From positions 1-58,837 of the forward strand of contig CALVDU010000129.1 of assembly GCA_944326375.1 (NCBI GenBank): a DNA stretch of 58,837 bases, read 5' to 3'. This DNA comes from an uncultured Bacteroidales bacterium. Lineage in GTDB: Bacteria; Bacteroidota; Bacteroidia; Bacteroidales; UBA932. This document shows positions 1 through 9,298 of the stretch, in pieces. A program made the position numbers and the translations under genes. How positions within the stretch are numbered: the first letter of the stretch is position 1; every line of letters begins with the position of its first letter. The notes below the pieces were generated by a model. That model made no database searches. It saw only the letters and a program-made list of their open reading frames with translations, and was not told where the DNA came from.

Positions 1-531
1 CCTAACGGTACCACGACAGGCTATTATTTGAAAAAGTTCCTGACGGACAATCTCGACCTTGAACTTGACCAGACGGCTGTCCATTCATGGCCGTTGTTCA
101 GGTATGCGGAAATCCTGCTGAACTATGCCGAGGCAATGAATGAGGCCTACGGTCCGGATACCGACTTTTACGGTACGGGCATGACGGCAAGATGGGCTGT
201 GAATCTTGTGCGTGCACGTTCTTCGATGCCGCCTGTGCAAGCCACTTCCCAGTCCGAAATGAGGGAGAAGATCCGCCACGAGCGCAGGATAGAACTCGCT
301 TTCGAGGAGCACAGGTTCTGGGATGTGAGAAGATGGGGCCCTGAGACTGCAAAGGATGCCTTGGGAACTCCTCTGAAAGGCGTCAGAATCACCTCTGAGT
401 CAGGAAGTCTGAAATATGAGATTTTCAATGTCGAAAACAGGACTTTCACGGACAACATGATATACTATCCGATACCTGAATCGGAAATCCTGAACTCAAA
501 CGGAATGATTGCACAAAATCCAGGCTGGTAA
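1..531 (+). CDS. susD: SusD/RagB family outer-membrane glycan-binding protein, C-terminal part (runs off window start)
   Basis: Frame open from base 1 (PNGTTTGYYLKKF); SusD motifs FRYAEILLNYAEAMNE, ERRIELAFEEHRFWDVRRW, YPIP, terminal QNPGW. Confidence 0.95.
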   Translation, partial: PNGTTTGYYLKKFLTDNLDLELDQTAVHSWPLFRYAEILLNYAEAMNEAYGPDTDFYGTGMTARWAVNLVRARSSMPPVQATSQSEMREKIRHERRIELAFEEHRFWDVRRWGPETAKDALGTPLKGVRITSESGSLKYEIFNVENRTFTDNMIYYPIPESEILNSNGMIAQNPGW

Positions 532-561
532 AATAAACTGAATTTTAAATATCTATCGATC

Positions 562-1125
562 ATGAAAAAAATCATACTGGCTTTATTGCCGATATTTGCA
601 CTTGTCTCATGCGCCGATCCGGCCCTTGATGCCGATTACGGGGATACCCTGATCTATATGCCTCAGGCAGCACACAACATAGGCGTGGACAACAATCTTA
701 ACCTGAGCATCAGTGCCGCTTCCGTTGCTGCAAATCCTGACAAGAGGACGGAAACCACTCTCGGAGTATATCGTTCCGGCACGGCAGACAAGAAGGCGTT
801 TTCCGTGGACCTCGTGGTAGCGAGGGATACGCTGGCAAAGGCCCGGGCCATTGCGGCAGAGCCTGACGCTCCCGCAAAATATTCCATCTACAAGACGGGA
901 GTGCTGTTGGAAGACGCATACTATGAGCCGCTTCCTCCTAAGATTTCCGTCGTTGACGGGCAGCGTCAGGGCATGACAAAGCTCATCCTGCACGATGCTG
1001 AAATAGTGGAAGATTACGCTGTAGGCCAGATCCTGCTGCTCCCGGTAAGGATTGAGAACCCGACCATGTACACCTTGAATACATCCTTGTCGACGACCAT
1101 GGTCGTGATTACAATCAACGAATGA
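562..1125 (+). CDS. PUL surface lipoprotein, DUF1735/BT_3987-like
   Basis: Lipoprotein signal MKKIILALLPIFALVSC; C-terminal LLPVRI motif; directly after susD. Confidence 0.7.
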   Translation: MKKIILALLPIFALVSCADPALDADYGDTLIYMPQAAHNIGVDNNLNLSISAASVAANPDKRTETTLGVYRSGTADKKAFSVDLVVARDTLAKARAIAAEPDAPAKYSIYKTGVLLEDAYYEPLPPKISVVDGQRQGMTKLILHDAEIVEDYAVGQILLLPVRIENPTMYTLNTSLSTTMVVITINE

Positions 1126-3077
1126 CGCTCTGTATGGGAATATCGAAAATCATAACGGTTTTGCTTTGCATGGCGGCAGGGACCGCCGTATTCGCAGCCA
1201 ATCCTCCGGCGCAGGATGATGCCATCCTCAAATTCGAAGGTGTTTCCGATTTCTGCGATCCTGGCCTCCACAGCAAAATCATAGGAAGTGCCCGCATAAG
1301 CGGCAAGGAAGGTCCGGATGTCTTCCTGATGGTGGACAAATATTATGGGAACAAATGCCTGTTATACGAATTTGTCGATTACGAGGCAGGCATCCCCGTG
1401 TTCAAGAGGAAAGGACAGGTTGTCTTGCCTGAAAAGGCCGGCTTGCCTATGCAGGTGCTCCAGAAAGGAGACGACACCTGGCTGTTCTGGACCCGCGACG
1501 GGAAATTGAATTATGCCCTCTATAATGCCCGCAAGTCCTCTTTCGAAAAGAAAGGGGAACTTGCTTTGCCGGGACAGATGAAATCTCTTCCGGCCTTTTC
1601 TGCGGTTATCGGTGATGACGGGGCGCTTGACATTTATTTCGCCAAGACGACACGTCCTTCCGTGCGTCCCGGCAATTGGCGCTCGGCAGATTACCGTCCT
1701 TACGATGCGGCTGGTGTCTACAGAGGCGGATTGCCGGCAGGCACTTTATTTTCATTCGGTTATGACAGTTTTACTTCTTCACCGTCAGACGTATGTCAGC
1801 TTACTGAAACTGATGCCATACCCGGGAACCTGAATTGTGTAGCGACAGCCACATTGAACGGAGAACAGGGACTTGTGGTGACCAATAACGACGGCGCTTT
1901 CTATTTCCATAAGTTGAAGGACGGGGATGCCTCGGAATATGTCAGGATCGTGGACAGCAGGGGTAATGCGGTCAGAAATACCGCCATAGGCCCGTATGTC
2001 TGCATCTATCCGTCCAGGGAAGGCGAACCGGGTGATTTTCTCATTTCCTGCGAGGGCGGTGTCTTCTACATGCGGAGCAGCGGAAGGACTACCGAAGAGG
2101 GGAAACTGATATACGACCATCCTGTTCATGCGAAGGAAGTGGACCCGCCCCTGAAGGCTGGTACGCTGGTGACCCCGACTGTCGTTGACTGGGACAATGA
2201 CGGCAGGCTTGACATCGTTGTAGGAAACTCTGCCGGCCATATACTTTTCTTCAAAAATGCCGGGACAAACGAAAAACCGGAATTCCTGAAAGCAGAATAT
2301 CTGAAGGCAGGAGGCCGTACCATCATGGTCCAGCCAGGATACGGAGAGGACATTCAGGGCCCGGGAGAAGCAAGGTGGGGTTATGTCGGTGCCAATGTCT
2401 ATGATTGGAACGGAGACGGCTACCTTGACATCCTGACCAATGATTCGAGGGGCAAGCACATGATATATATCGGTACTTACAACGGTCTTGAACCCGAACA
2501 TCCCCTTTATGTGGGAGACCTGCCGCTTCACGGGACATGGCGCTGCCGTCCGGGAATAGGCGTTATGGACGGAAAGACAGTTTATGTGACATTGGATGAC
2601 GATGACGAGTTTCATCTTTATTTCCGTGAGGATGACTACAATCTTAAGGACGGTTATAAGTTGAGGCTCGTCGACGGCAGGTCCATAAAGGCGAACCATC
2701 TTGAGGCCGGAGGCAAGGGCCGTGTAAGATTCGAGATAATCGACTGGGACGGGGATGGAGTGAAAGACCTCATCCTTGCCACGAACAAGCACAACAATAT
2801 CCCTGCACAGGATCCGGACGGGCTTCCGTGGACCAACCCCAAGGAACTCCAGGGCTCTACTCTCCTCTTCATGAGAAATGTCGGGACAGAGGCCGAGCCG
2901 AAATTGGAAAAACCGAAACAACTCAGATACAAGGGCGAACTCATCCGCCTCGGGCATCATGCCTGTGGTGCGTCCGTATGCCGTCTCGGAGAGATTTCCG
3001 AGGATGGTCCGAATGTTCTCGTGGGTGATGAACGCGGAATTATTCATCTTTTTGAACGTAAATATCTTACTTGGTAA
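1122..3077 (+). CDS. Secreted FG-GAP/VCBS (DxDxDG) repeat beta-propeller protein, paralog 1
   Basis: Sec-type signal ending AVFA; repeats VDWDNDGRLDIVVG, YDWNGDGYLDIL, IDWDGDGVKDLIL; ATGA overlap with upstream gene (alternative ATG 1134). Confidence 0.85.
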   Translation: MTLCMGISKIITVLLCMAAGTAVFAANPPAQDDAILKFEGVSDFCDPGLHSKIIGSARISGKEGPDVFLMVDKYYGNKCLLYEFVDYEAGIPVFKRKGQVVLPEKAGLPMQVLQKGDDTWLFWTRDGKLNYALYNARKSSFEKKGELALPGQMKSLPAFSAVIGDDGALDIYFAKTTRPSVRPGNWRSADYRPYDAAGVYRGGLPAGTLFSFGYDSFTSSPSDVCQLTETDAIPGNLNCVATATLNGEQGLVVTNNDGAFYFHKLKDGDASEYVRIVDSRGNAVRNTAIGPYVCIYPSREGEPGDFLISCEGGVFYMRSSGRTTEEGKLIYDHPVHAKEVDPPLKAGTLVTPTVVDWDNDGRLDIVVGNSAGHILFFKNAGTNEKPEFLKAEYLKAGGRTIMVQPGYGEDIQGPGEARWGYVGANVYDWNGDGYLDILTNDSRGKHMIYIGTYNGLEPEHPLYVGDLPLHGTWRCRPGIGVMDGKTVYVTLDDDDEFHLYFREDDYNLKDGYKLRLVDGRSIKANHLEAGGKGRVRFEIIDWDGDGVKDLILATNKHNNIPAQDPDGLPWTNPKELQGSTLLFMRNVGTEAEPKLEKPKQLRYKGELIRLGHHACGASVCRLGEISEDGPNVLVGDERGIIHLFERKYLTW

Positions 3078-3081
3078 ATAA

Positions 3082-5079
3082 ATGAAAAGCAACGTCATAA
3101 CCATTTTTGCCGTATTGGCATGTCTTGCCTGCGGACCTGTTTCCGAGCAGCCGCAGTATCAGGTGCCGCCTTTGCAGAACGGGACTCCTATAATGACCGG
3201 AGGGGAAAAGGGTTTGTCACCCATGTCTTTCGGGCTGTGCTACAGCAACAAGCCTGTGGGTTGTGCGTACATTACATCCGAAGAGCATCCTGATTTCTTC
3301 GTTGCCATCACAAGCGGAATGGCCGGATCCTTGGGCCTGTGGTGGTGCAGGTACGACTACAGCCTTGAAGGCGGGAATACGGTCTACAAGGAACCTGTAA
3401 GGGTCGATCTTCCATGGATGGACAAGAAGAACAACAAGCCATTTGCAAATATCCATGTGTTTCAGGACGAAGACAAGGTGTGGTTGCTGAAACTGACTTC
3501 CAAGACATTGAGTGTGGCAGAGATGGGAGAGGACGGCAATTTTACCCTCGTGGAGGAGAAAAAATGGAGCGGACTTCCTCATATTGCGGGCTTTGACTGC
3601 ATAAGACGTTCTCCGGATGAGATGGAGATAGCCATAATGTGTACAGACGGGAAGCCATACAGGCCGGAGACATTCCCCGGCGATTCACAGTCTTACTACG
3701 ACGGTGCAGGGATTTACCGCGGCAATCTTGCAAAAGGAGGTATCTTCAGGATAACTGTCGACAATTCCTGGAATCAGACAGGAGAGCCGGTCAAGGTTAC
3801 TGACATGAATGTGGGAATAAATTTCTGCCGTCTGGCTTGTGTGAGGAATGGCGAAATTGACGGCTATCTGGTGGCCAACAGCCTCGGAGCGATGAAGTAT
3901 GTACCGAGAGATGGCAGCAGGATAGAGTATGTAAGAGGCGAGGACGGCAACGTGAAGTCGCACAAGGCTATGGGAACATATCTGGTGGCGCTTCCGGATT
4001 CTGACAGAGAAATGTCCGATCTTCTGATCGGAGGCGAATCGGCCATATATGCTTATTCTTATGAAGGTCTTACGGATGACGGGATACCTGTGTATTCCGA
4101 ACCGGGGCTTGTATTGCAGGAGAATGCCCCTCTTTACGGAGGTTCTCTGACGGTGCCTAATGTCGTGGACTGGGACGGCGACGGAGTCCTTGACATAGTC
4201 GCCGGAAATTCCGAAGGCCGCCTTCTGTTCTTCAAGAACAACGGCACTGACCGCAATCCGGATTTTGCCATGGGAGAAGAAATATATGCCGACGGCAAGC
4301 CGATATGCATCCGTCCCGGCTACCGTATCGTACAGGGCCCATTGGAGGGTGCATGGGGCTATCTCTGCCCGACTGTATTCGACTGGAACGAAGACGGCCT
4401 TCCGGACGTCATCATTTCCGGTTCCATAAACAAATACCTTGTAATGCTGAATGTCGGCACGAGGAAGAATCCGGTGCTTTCCGAACCGAAGGTCATAAGA
4501 ATAGACAACATGGAACTTTTCGGGACTTGGCGTGTACGTCCGGCCGTCGCCAAGGTCGGAGATGACATAATCATGATAATCCAGGATGACCTCAATGCCC
4601 TTCATGCCTACAAAAAAACGGATGATTTTACCGTCGAGGATGCCGGCAGGGTCAGGCTCGCCGACGGCAGCATCATCACAGGACACAATGACAGGCTGCA
4701 GGACAATTACGGACAGCGGGGCCGTGCCAAGATGCAGCTTTATGACTGGGACGGCGACGGGGACCTCGACCTCCTTGTGGGCACGGTCCGCAGGTCATCC
4801 TATCCGGAACCGTCAAACGGACTTCCTTACAGAAGGTGGAGGGATGAAAAAGTTGCGGCTTTGGACGTGATACTCTTTGAGAACAGAGGCGATTTCACAT
4901 TCGAAGAACCGGTGCAGTTCCAGATTGACGGCAAGGATTTCTATCTCGGAGCACATTCCAATGCCCCGTTCGCCTGCATGCTCGGAGATATATCCGACGG
5001 AAAGCCTAATCTTGTAGTCGGATGCGAGAGCGGCAAGTACTATTTCTTTGAACACGACCATATAACGACTGTAAAATAA
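3082..5079 (+). CDS. FG-GAP repeat lipoprotein, paralog 2
   Basis: Lipobox LAC; VDWDGDGVLDIVAGNSEG, FDWNEDGLPDVI, YDWDGDGDLDLLVG; colinear similarity to paralog 1. Confidence 0.85.
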   Translation: MKSNVITIFAVLACLACGPVSEQPQYQVPPLQNGTPIMTGGEKGLSPMSFGLCYSNKPVGCAYITSEEHPDFFVAITSGMAGSLGLWWCRYDYSLEGGNTVYKEPVRVDLPWMDKKNNKPFANIHVFQDEDKVWLLKLTSKTLSVAEMGEDGNFTLVEEKKWSGLPHIAGFDCIRRSPDEMEIAIMCTDGKPYRPETFPGDSQSYYDGAGIYRGNLAKGGIFRITVDNSWNQTGEPVKVTDMNVGINFCRLACVRNGEIDGYLVANSLGAMKYVPRDGSRIEYVRGEDGNVKSHKAMGTYLVALPDSDREMSDLLIGGESAIYAYSYEGLTDDGIPVYSEPGLVLQENAPLYGGSLTVPNVVDWDGDGVLDIVAGNSEGRLLFFKNNGTDRNPDFAMGEEIYADGKPICIRPGYRIVQGPLEGAWGYLCPTVFDWNEDGLPDVIISGSINKYLVMLNVGTRKNPVLSEPKVIRIDNMELFGTWRVRPAVAKVGDDIIMIIQDDLNALHAYKKTDDFTVEDAGRVRLADGSIITGHNDRLQDNYGQRGRAKMQLYDWDGDGDLDLLVGTVRRSSYPEPSNGLPYRRWRDEKVAALDVILFENRGDFTFEEPVQFQIDGKDFYLGAHSNAPFACMLGDISDGKPNLVVGCESGKYYFFEHDHITTVK

Positions 5080-5085
5080 TCCCAC

Positions 5086-7173
5086 ATGAACTTGTCAAGA
5101 CGAATAACGGCATTCGGACTCGCAGCGGCGGTAATCTGCTCCTGCACCGAAGCTGTTCCCGAACCTGTAGGAAACAACGGCCGGGATGATTCCTTCTACA
5201 AGGTAAAGGCGACATACGCAGGAGTCCTGCCGGTGAGCGGCGAACCTCTGAAAGCAACGATAGAAGAAGGCCTTGCTCCGGTATGGATATACAAGGCCAT
5301 CGCTGCTGGATTTGCCGGATACAGCTATCCTTCTGTCAAAAGCGAATTCCCGGATATTTTCATCCTGAAAAATTCCGGAACATCCAATGATGCCGATGAC
5401 CCGTATGACGGAGGATACTGTTTCGTATGCCGGTATCAGGGAAAATCATCGGACGGCAGGAACATTTTTACGTCCCCGCAGTTGGTGGAAGACGTGCCTT
5501 GGGAAAGGACGGAGAAGAAGATAAAGATGCTCGACATCGACGGTCAGACATACGCCGTACAGATGACAAGTTCCATGATAAATGTCGCAAAATACGACAG
5601 GACGGCCAATACGTTCGGGAACTATGTCTGGTCCAATCCTCTGTCAGGTATTTCCGGTATGGTCCAGATAGACATAATACCCGGCGAAACCGACATTGCC
5701 GACGTTTATGTGCTGACTACAGACGGTACGGCCCATCAGGGGCGCCACAAGGATGTCTACGAGGGGTAGTACGATGCCTACGGCAACTGGAGGGGGACAG
5801 TAGGTAATGCCGAACTATATCATTTCACGATGAGCACGAAGGACTGGACCCAGCAGTCGCAACCGGAGCAGATAGCGGAAAGTACGGAACTGATCTATAT
5901 GCCTCAGGGTTTTACGTACTTCGAAGACAAGGCAGCCGGAAAGAAGGGCTATCTGTTCGGCAACAAGTTCAAGTCCATGAAATTCGCGTCTGCCGACAAT
6001 CCTTCCATAGTGGAATTCCTTACGGACGGTGCAGGGGAATCCCTGACCAATCCATGCCTGATAAACAGGATGATGACCATCCATAATCCGAAAACAGGGG
6101 ACAGGACAGATTTCATCACTTCAGGCGAAGGGGCTTTCTATCTTTACAGGTTTACCGGAAGCTACGATGAAAACGGTGCCCCGCTTTATTATCCTCCCGA
6201 GGATTTTTTGGCCAAGAATTCCCCGTTATACGGAGGCTCTTTGGTCGTGCCGACGGTTGTGGACTGGGATAGCGACGGCGTTCTTGACATAATTTCCGGG
6301 AATTCAGAGGGCCGTATCGCGTTTTTCAAGAATTATGCGACAAACGCGAGTCCTGCATTCGGTGAAGCCGAATATCTCATGTCCTGCGGCGAAGAAGTAC
6401 AGTTTTGTGCAGGCTATTTTGAAGTCCAGGGACCTGATGACGGAGGAGCATGGGGATATGTCTGCCCGAATGTGATAGACTGGGACGGGGACGGTATTCT
6501 CGACATTGTCACTTCAAGCAACAGTACCCGGGTGGAGGTCATGCTCGGCACAGGTTCCGGGACAGCAGACTGCCTCGGTCCGCGCATGACAATCACACTG
6601 AACGGAGGAGAACTTTGGGGAATGTGGCGTGTGCGTCCTGCCGTAACTGAAATCGACGGGGAAATCTACATGGCGTTCATGGATACCGAAGATGCTCTGC
6701 ACCTTTATAAAAAGACCTCGCTGACGTCGGTCGAAGACTGCGGCCAGTTGAGGATGACTGACGGGAACATAATGACGGGGCACAGGGCCATAGAGGAAGC
6801 CACTTCCACTTTGGGAGAACGAGGCCGTGCAAAACTCGAATTTGCGGACTGGGACGGTGACGGAGTCATAGACCTTATCATAGGTACATCCAAACAGGGA
6901 AGTTTTCCGAATCCGGATTACGGACTTCCTTACCATGCTTCCGGTATCCGTTCATTCAACGTGATTTATCTCAGAAATGCCGGGACGAACGAAAACATGG
7001 TATTCGAATATCCGAAGCAGTTCAAGTTCCTTGACAGACAGGTGAACCTCGGCTCGCACGCCCAGTCGCCTTGCATCTGCAATCTCGGAGACACGAGTTT
7101 CGGACCGAACCTTCTTGTGGGCTGTGAAAGCGGCAGATTCTATTTTTACTCCCACAAGGACCTTCATTTCTAA
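5086..7173 (+). pseudogene. FG-GAP repeat lipoprotein, paralog 3, interrupted by one in-frame TAG at 5767-5769
   Basis: ORFs 5086-5769 and 5830-7173 share a frame (offset 744). Reading through gives EG*YDAYGNWRGTV, matching SYYDGAGIYRGNL and RPYDAAGVYRGGL of the paralogs. N-terminal lipobox CSC. Confidence 0.8.
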
Positions 7174-7189
7174 ACCGAACTAAACGGAT

Positions 7190-9292
7190 ATGGATATAAT
7201 GGACAATATAGCAAGCAAGATAATCATATTTTTGTCGTCAGCCGCAATAGCGGTTTCCTGTGAGGATATCGTCATGCAGCCGGATCGTCAGGATTATGAG
7301 GAAACGGTTGATGAAATAATCGAAGATGAAGAGAAGGTCATCCCTGAACCGAGAAAGGAATACCCGAAAGTGGACGGCATTGCCCCTGTAAGCGGCGAGC
7401 CGTTGGCGGCAGTTTTGGACGGCGGCCTGACTCCGTTGTCTTTCGGCCAGTCACTACGGACTTATATAGCGGGCTGCCGTTTCTCCGAAACTTCGGATGA
7501 ATGTCCGGACCTGTTCTGTCTTTCTGTCGGAGGTGCAGCGGAAACTGCATTTTACCTTTGCTCATATTTGCACAGCACCGAAGACGGAAGTCCGGTCTAT
7601 GGCGAGCCTGTCCCTGTCGCTTTCCATTGGGATGCCGATGAGACAAATGTCAGGGTTATCGGATTGGACGGGAAATTGTATGCAGTGGTCCTGAACAGGG
7701 ACCGGGCGGATTTCTACACATGGTCGGAAACGGAAAAGGCCTTCAGCCAGTCTCCGGAACATTCCGTTGCCTTATCCGGGATAGACTATTCAGTATTTGG
7801 CTTTGAGGTGGGCGTCTCGGGAAATGAAGCGGCATTCACGGTGGTCTGCGATGACGGAAGCGTTTACCTTCCGGATGTCGGGGCGGAGGAGACATTGTAC
7901 GACAGCGCCAACATTTTCCTCGGTAATCTGCCATATACGAGAATGTATGCTTTTACCATAGATTTGGGTACTTGGGAGCAGAAAGAAAGCGCTGCGCCTG
8001 TGAGCGGTGAAATCGAAACCCTCGTCGGCCCGTCAGGCGTGGCTGATTTCCGTTCAGGGAACGTTTCCGGCCACATTGTGGCGAATTGCCTCGGCGGAAT
8101 ATGCTACATCGACGGCACCACTCCGTCTGTGCTTTCCGGAATGGTGCTTTCTTCAGGAGAGAGCATCGACAACAGGTGCTGGCTCGGAAACCTGGTTTCC
8201 GTTGACCGGGGAGGGGAATGTGCTGACTTTTTCACAAGCGGAGAAGGCATTTCATATCTTTACAGGTTTTCCGGAAACTTCACGGCATCGGGAGCCCCTG
8301 TGTATGAGACGCCCGTGCCGGTCATGATGTCTTCCGGGGATCTCTTTGCCGGAACATTCTCTGTCCCGAATGTGGTGGATTGGGATTTGGATAATGTCCT
8401 TGACATAGTGGCAGGCACCTCTGACGGGAGGATAGCGTTTTTCAGGAATTACGGTACAAATGAAGCCCCGGCATTCGGCGCTCCGCAGTATCTCAAGGCC
8501 AACGGCAGGGAAGTGTGTGTACGTTCTGGATACTACGAACTCAACGGGCCGATGAATGCAGCCTACGGGTACGTGAGCCCTGTCGTGTTTGACTGGAATC
8601 AGGACGGGGTTCCTGACATCCTTTATTCAAGCAATGCCACAAGGATAGAACTCCTGCTCAACAACGGCCGAGATGACATCGATTGCCTGAAGGCGGCAAA
8701 AGTCATACGTCTGGACGGTCTGGATCTGTGGGGCAGGTGGAAAGTGCGCCCTGCCGTGACAAAAGCAGGGGAAGACATCTATATCGCCATCCTTGATGAA
8801 GATGACGCGTTGCATCTCTATAAGAAAGGTTCGCTGACGAATGTAAAGAACTGCGGCAAGATACAGCTCGGGGACGGTATGTACATCACAGGACACAGAC
8901 CTTTGGGCCCGGGGGCATCGGCAACTGAACAGGGCGACGCCAAACTGCAGTTCGCAGACTGGGACGGGGACGGGGATCCCGATCTCCTTGTCGGAGTGAC
9001 GGAGGTCGCTTCATGGCCGTCCGAACTTGACGGCATACCATATTCTCTCGGTACACGGAACATGCAGGTCATGATACTTGAAAACATTTCCGACGATGGA
9101 GGATTCGTATTTGACTATCCTCGACTGTTCCAGTTCCATCAGGGGGACATCTGGCTCGGCCCGGGCGCCAAGGCTCCGGCCATGTGCGAACTTGGCGATT
9201 CGAAACGCGGTACCAACATGGTTGTAGGGGCTGATGACGGCAAGTTCTATTTCTTTGCACGTCATGACCTGTCTGAAAAGAGAATATGGTAA
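7190..9292 (+). CDS. FG-GAP repeat lipoprotein, paralog 4 (most divergent)
   Basis: Lipobox AVSC; VDWDLDNVLDIVAG, FDWNQDGVPDIL, ADWDGDGDPDLLVG; shares PVSGEPL motif with paralog 3. Confidence 0.85.
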   Translation: MDIMDNIASKIIIFLSSAAIAVSCEDIVMQPDRQDYEETVDEIIEDEEKVIPEPRKEYPKVDGIAPVSGEPLAAVLDGGLTPLSFGQSLRTYIAGCRFSETSDECPDLFCLSVGGAAETAFYLCSYLHSTEDGSPVYGEPVPVAFHWDADETNVRVIGLDGKLYAVVLNRDRADFYTWSETEKAFSQSPEHSVALSGIDYSVFGFEVGVSGNEAAFTVVCDDGSVYLPDVGAEETLYDSANIFLGNLPYTRMYAFTIDLGTWEQKESAAPVSGEIETLVGPSGVADFRSGNVSGHIVANCLGGICYIDGTTPSVLSGMVLSSGESIDNRCWLGNLVSVDRGGECADFFTSGEGISYLYRFSGNFTASGAPVYETPVPVMMSSGDLFAGTFSVPNVVDWDLDNVLDIVAGTSDGRIAFFRNYGTNEAPAFGAPQYLKANGREVCVRSGYYELNGPMNAAYGYVSPVVFDWNQDGVPDILYSSNATRIELLLNNGRDDIDCLKAAKVIRLDGLDLWGRWKVRPAVTKAGEDIYIAILDEDDALHLYKKGSLTNVKNCGKIQLGDGMYITGHRPLGPGASATEQGDAKLQFADWDGDGDPDLLVGVTEVASWPSELDGIPYSLGTRNMQVMILENISDDGGFVFDYPRLFQFHQGDIWLGPGAKAPAMCELGDSKRGTNMVVGADDGKFYFFARHDLSEKRIW

Positions 9293-9298
9293 AATCGG

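Noticed and set aside
1785-3104. 439-aa minus-strand ORF, and similar long antisense ORFs (3685-4686, 15163-15957, 39960-40910, 56895-57902)
   Set aside because: They lie opposite well-supported genes and show no recognisable motifs; these are expected antisense shadows
5767-5769. Genome-wide amber recoding or pyrrolysine
   Set aside because: TAG ends rpiB, ftsI, mraZ and rpoN at their expected C-termini; only one internal TAG was noticed and no pyl genes are in the window
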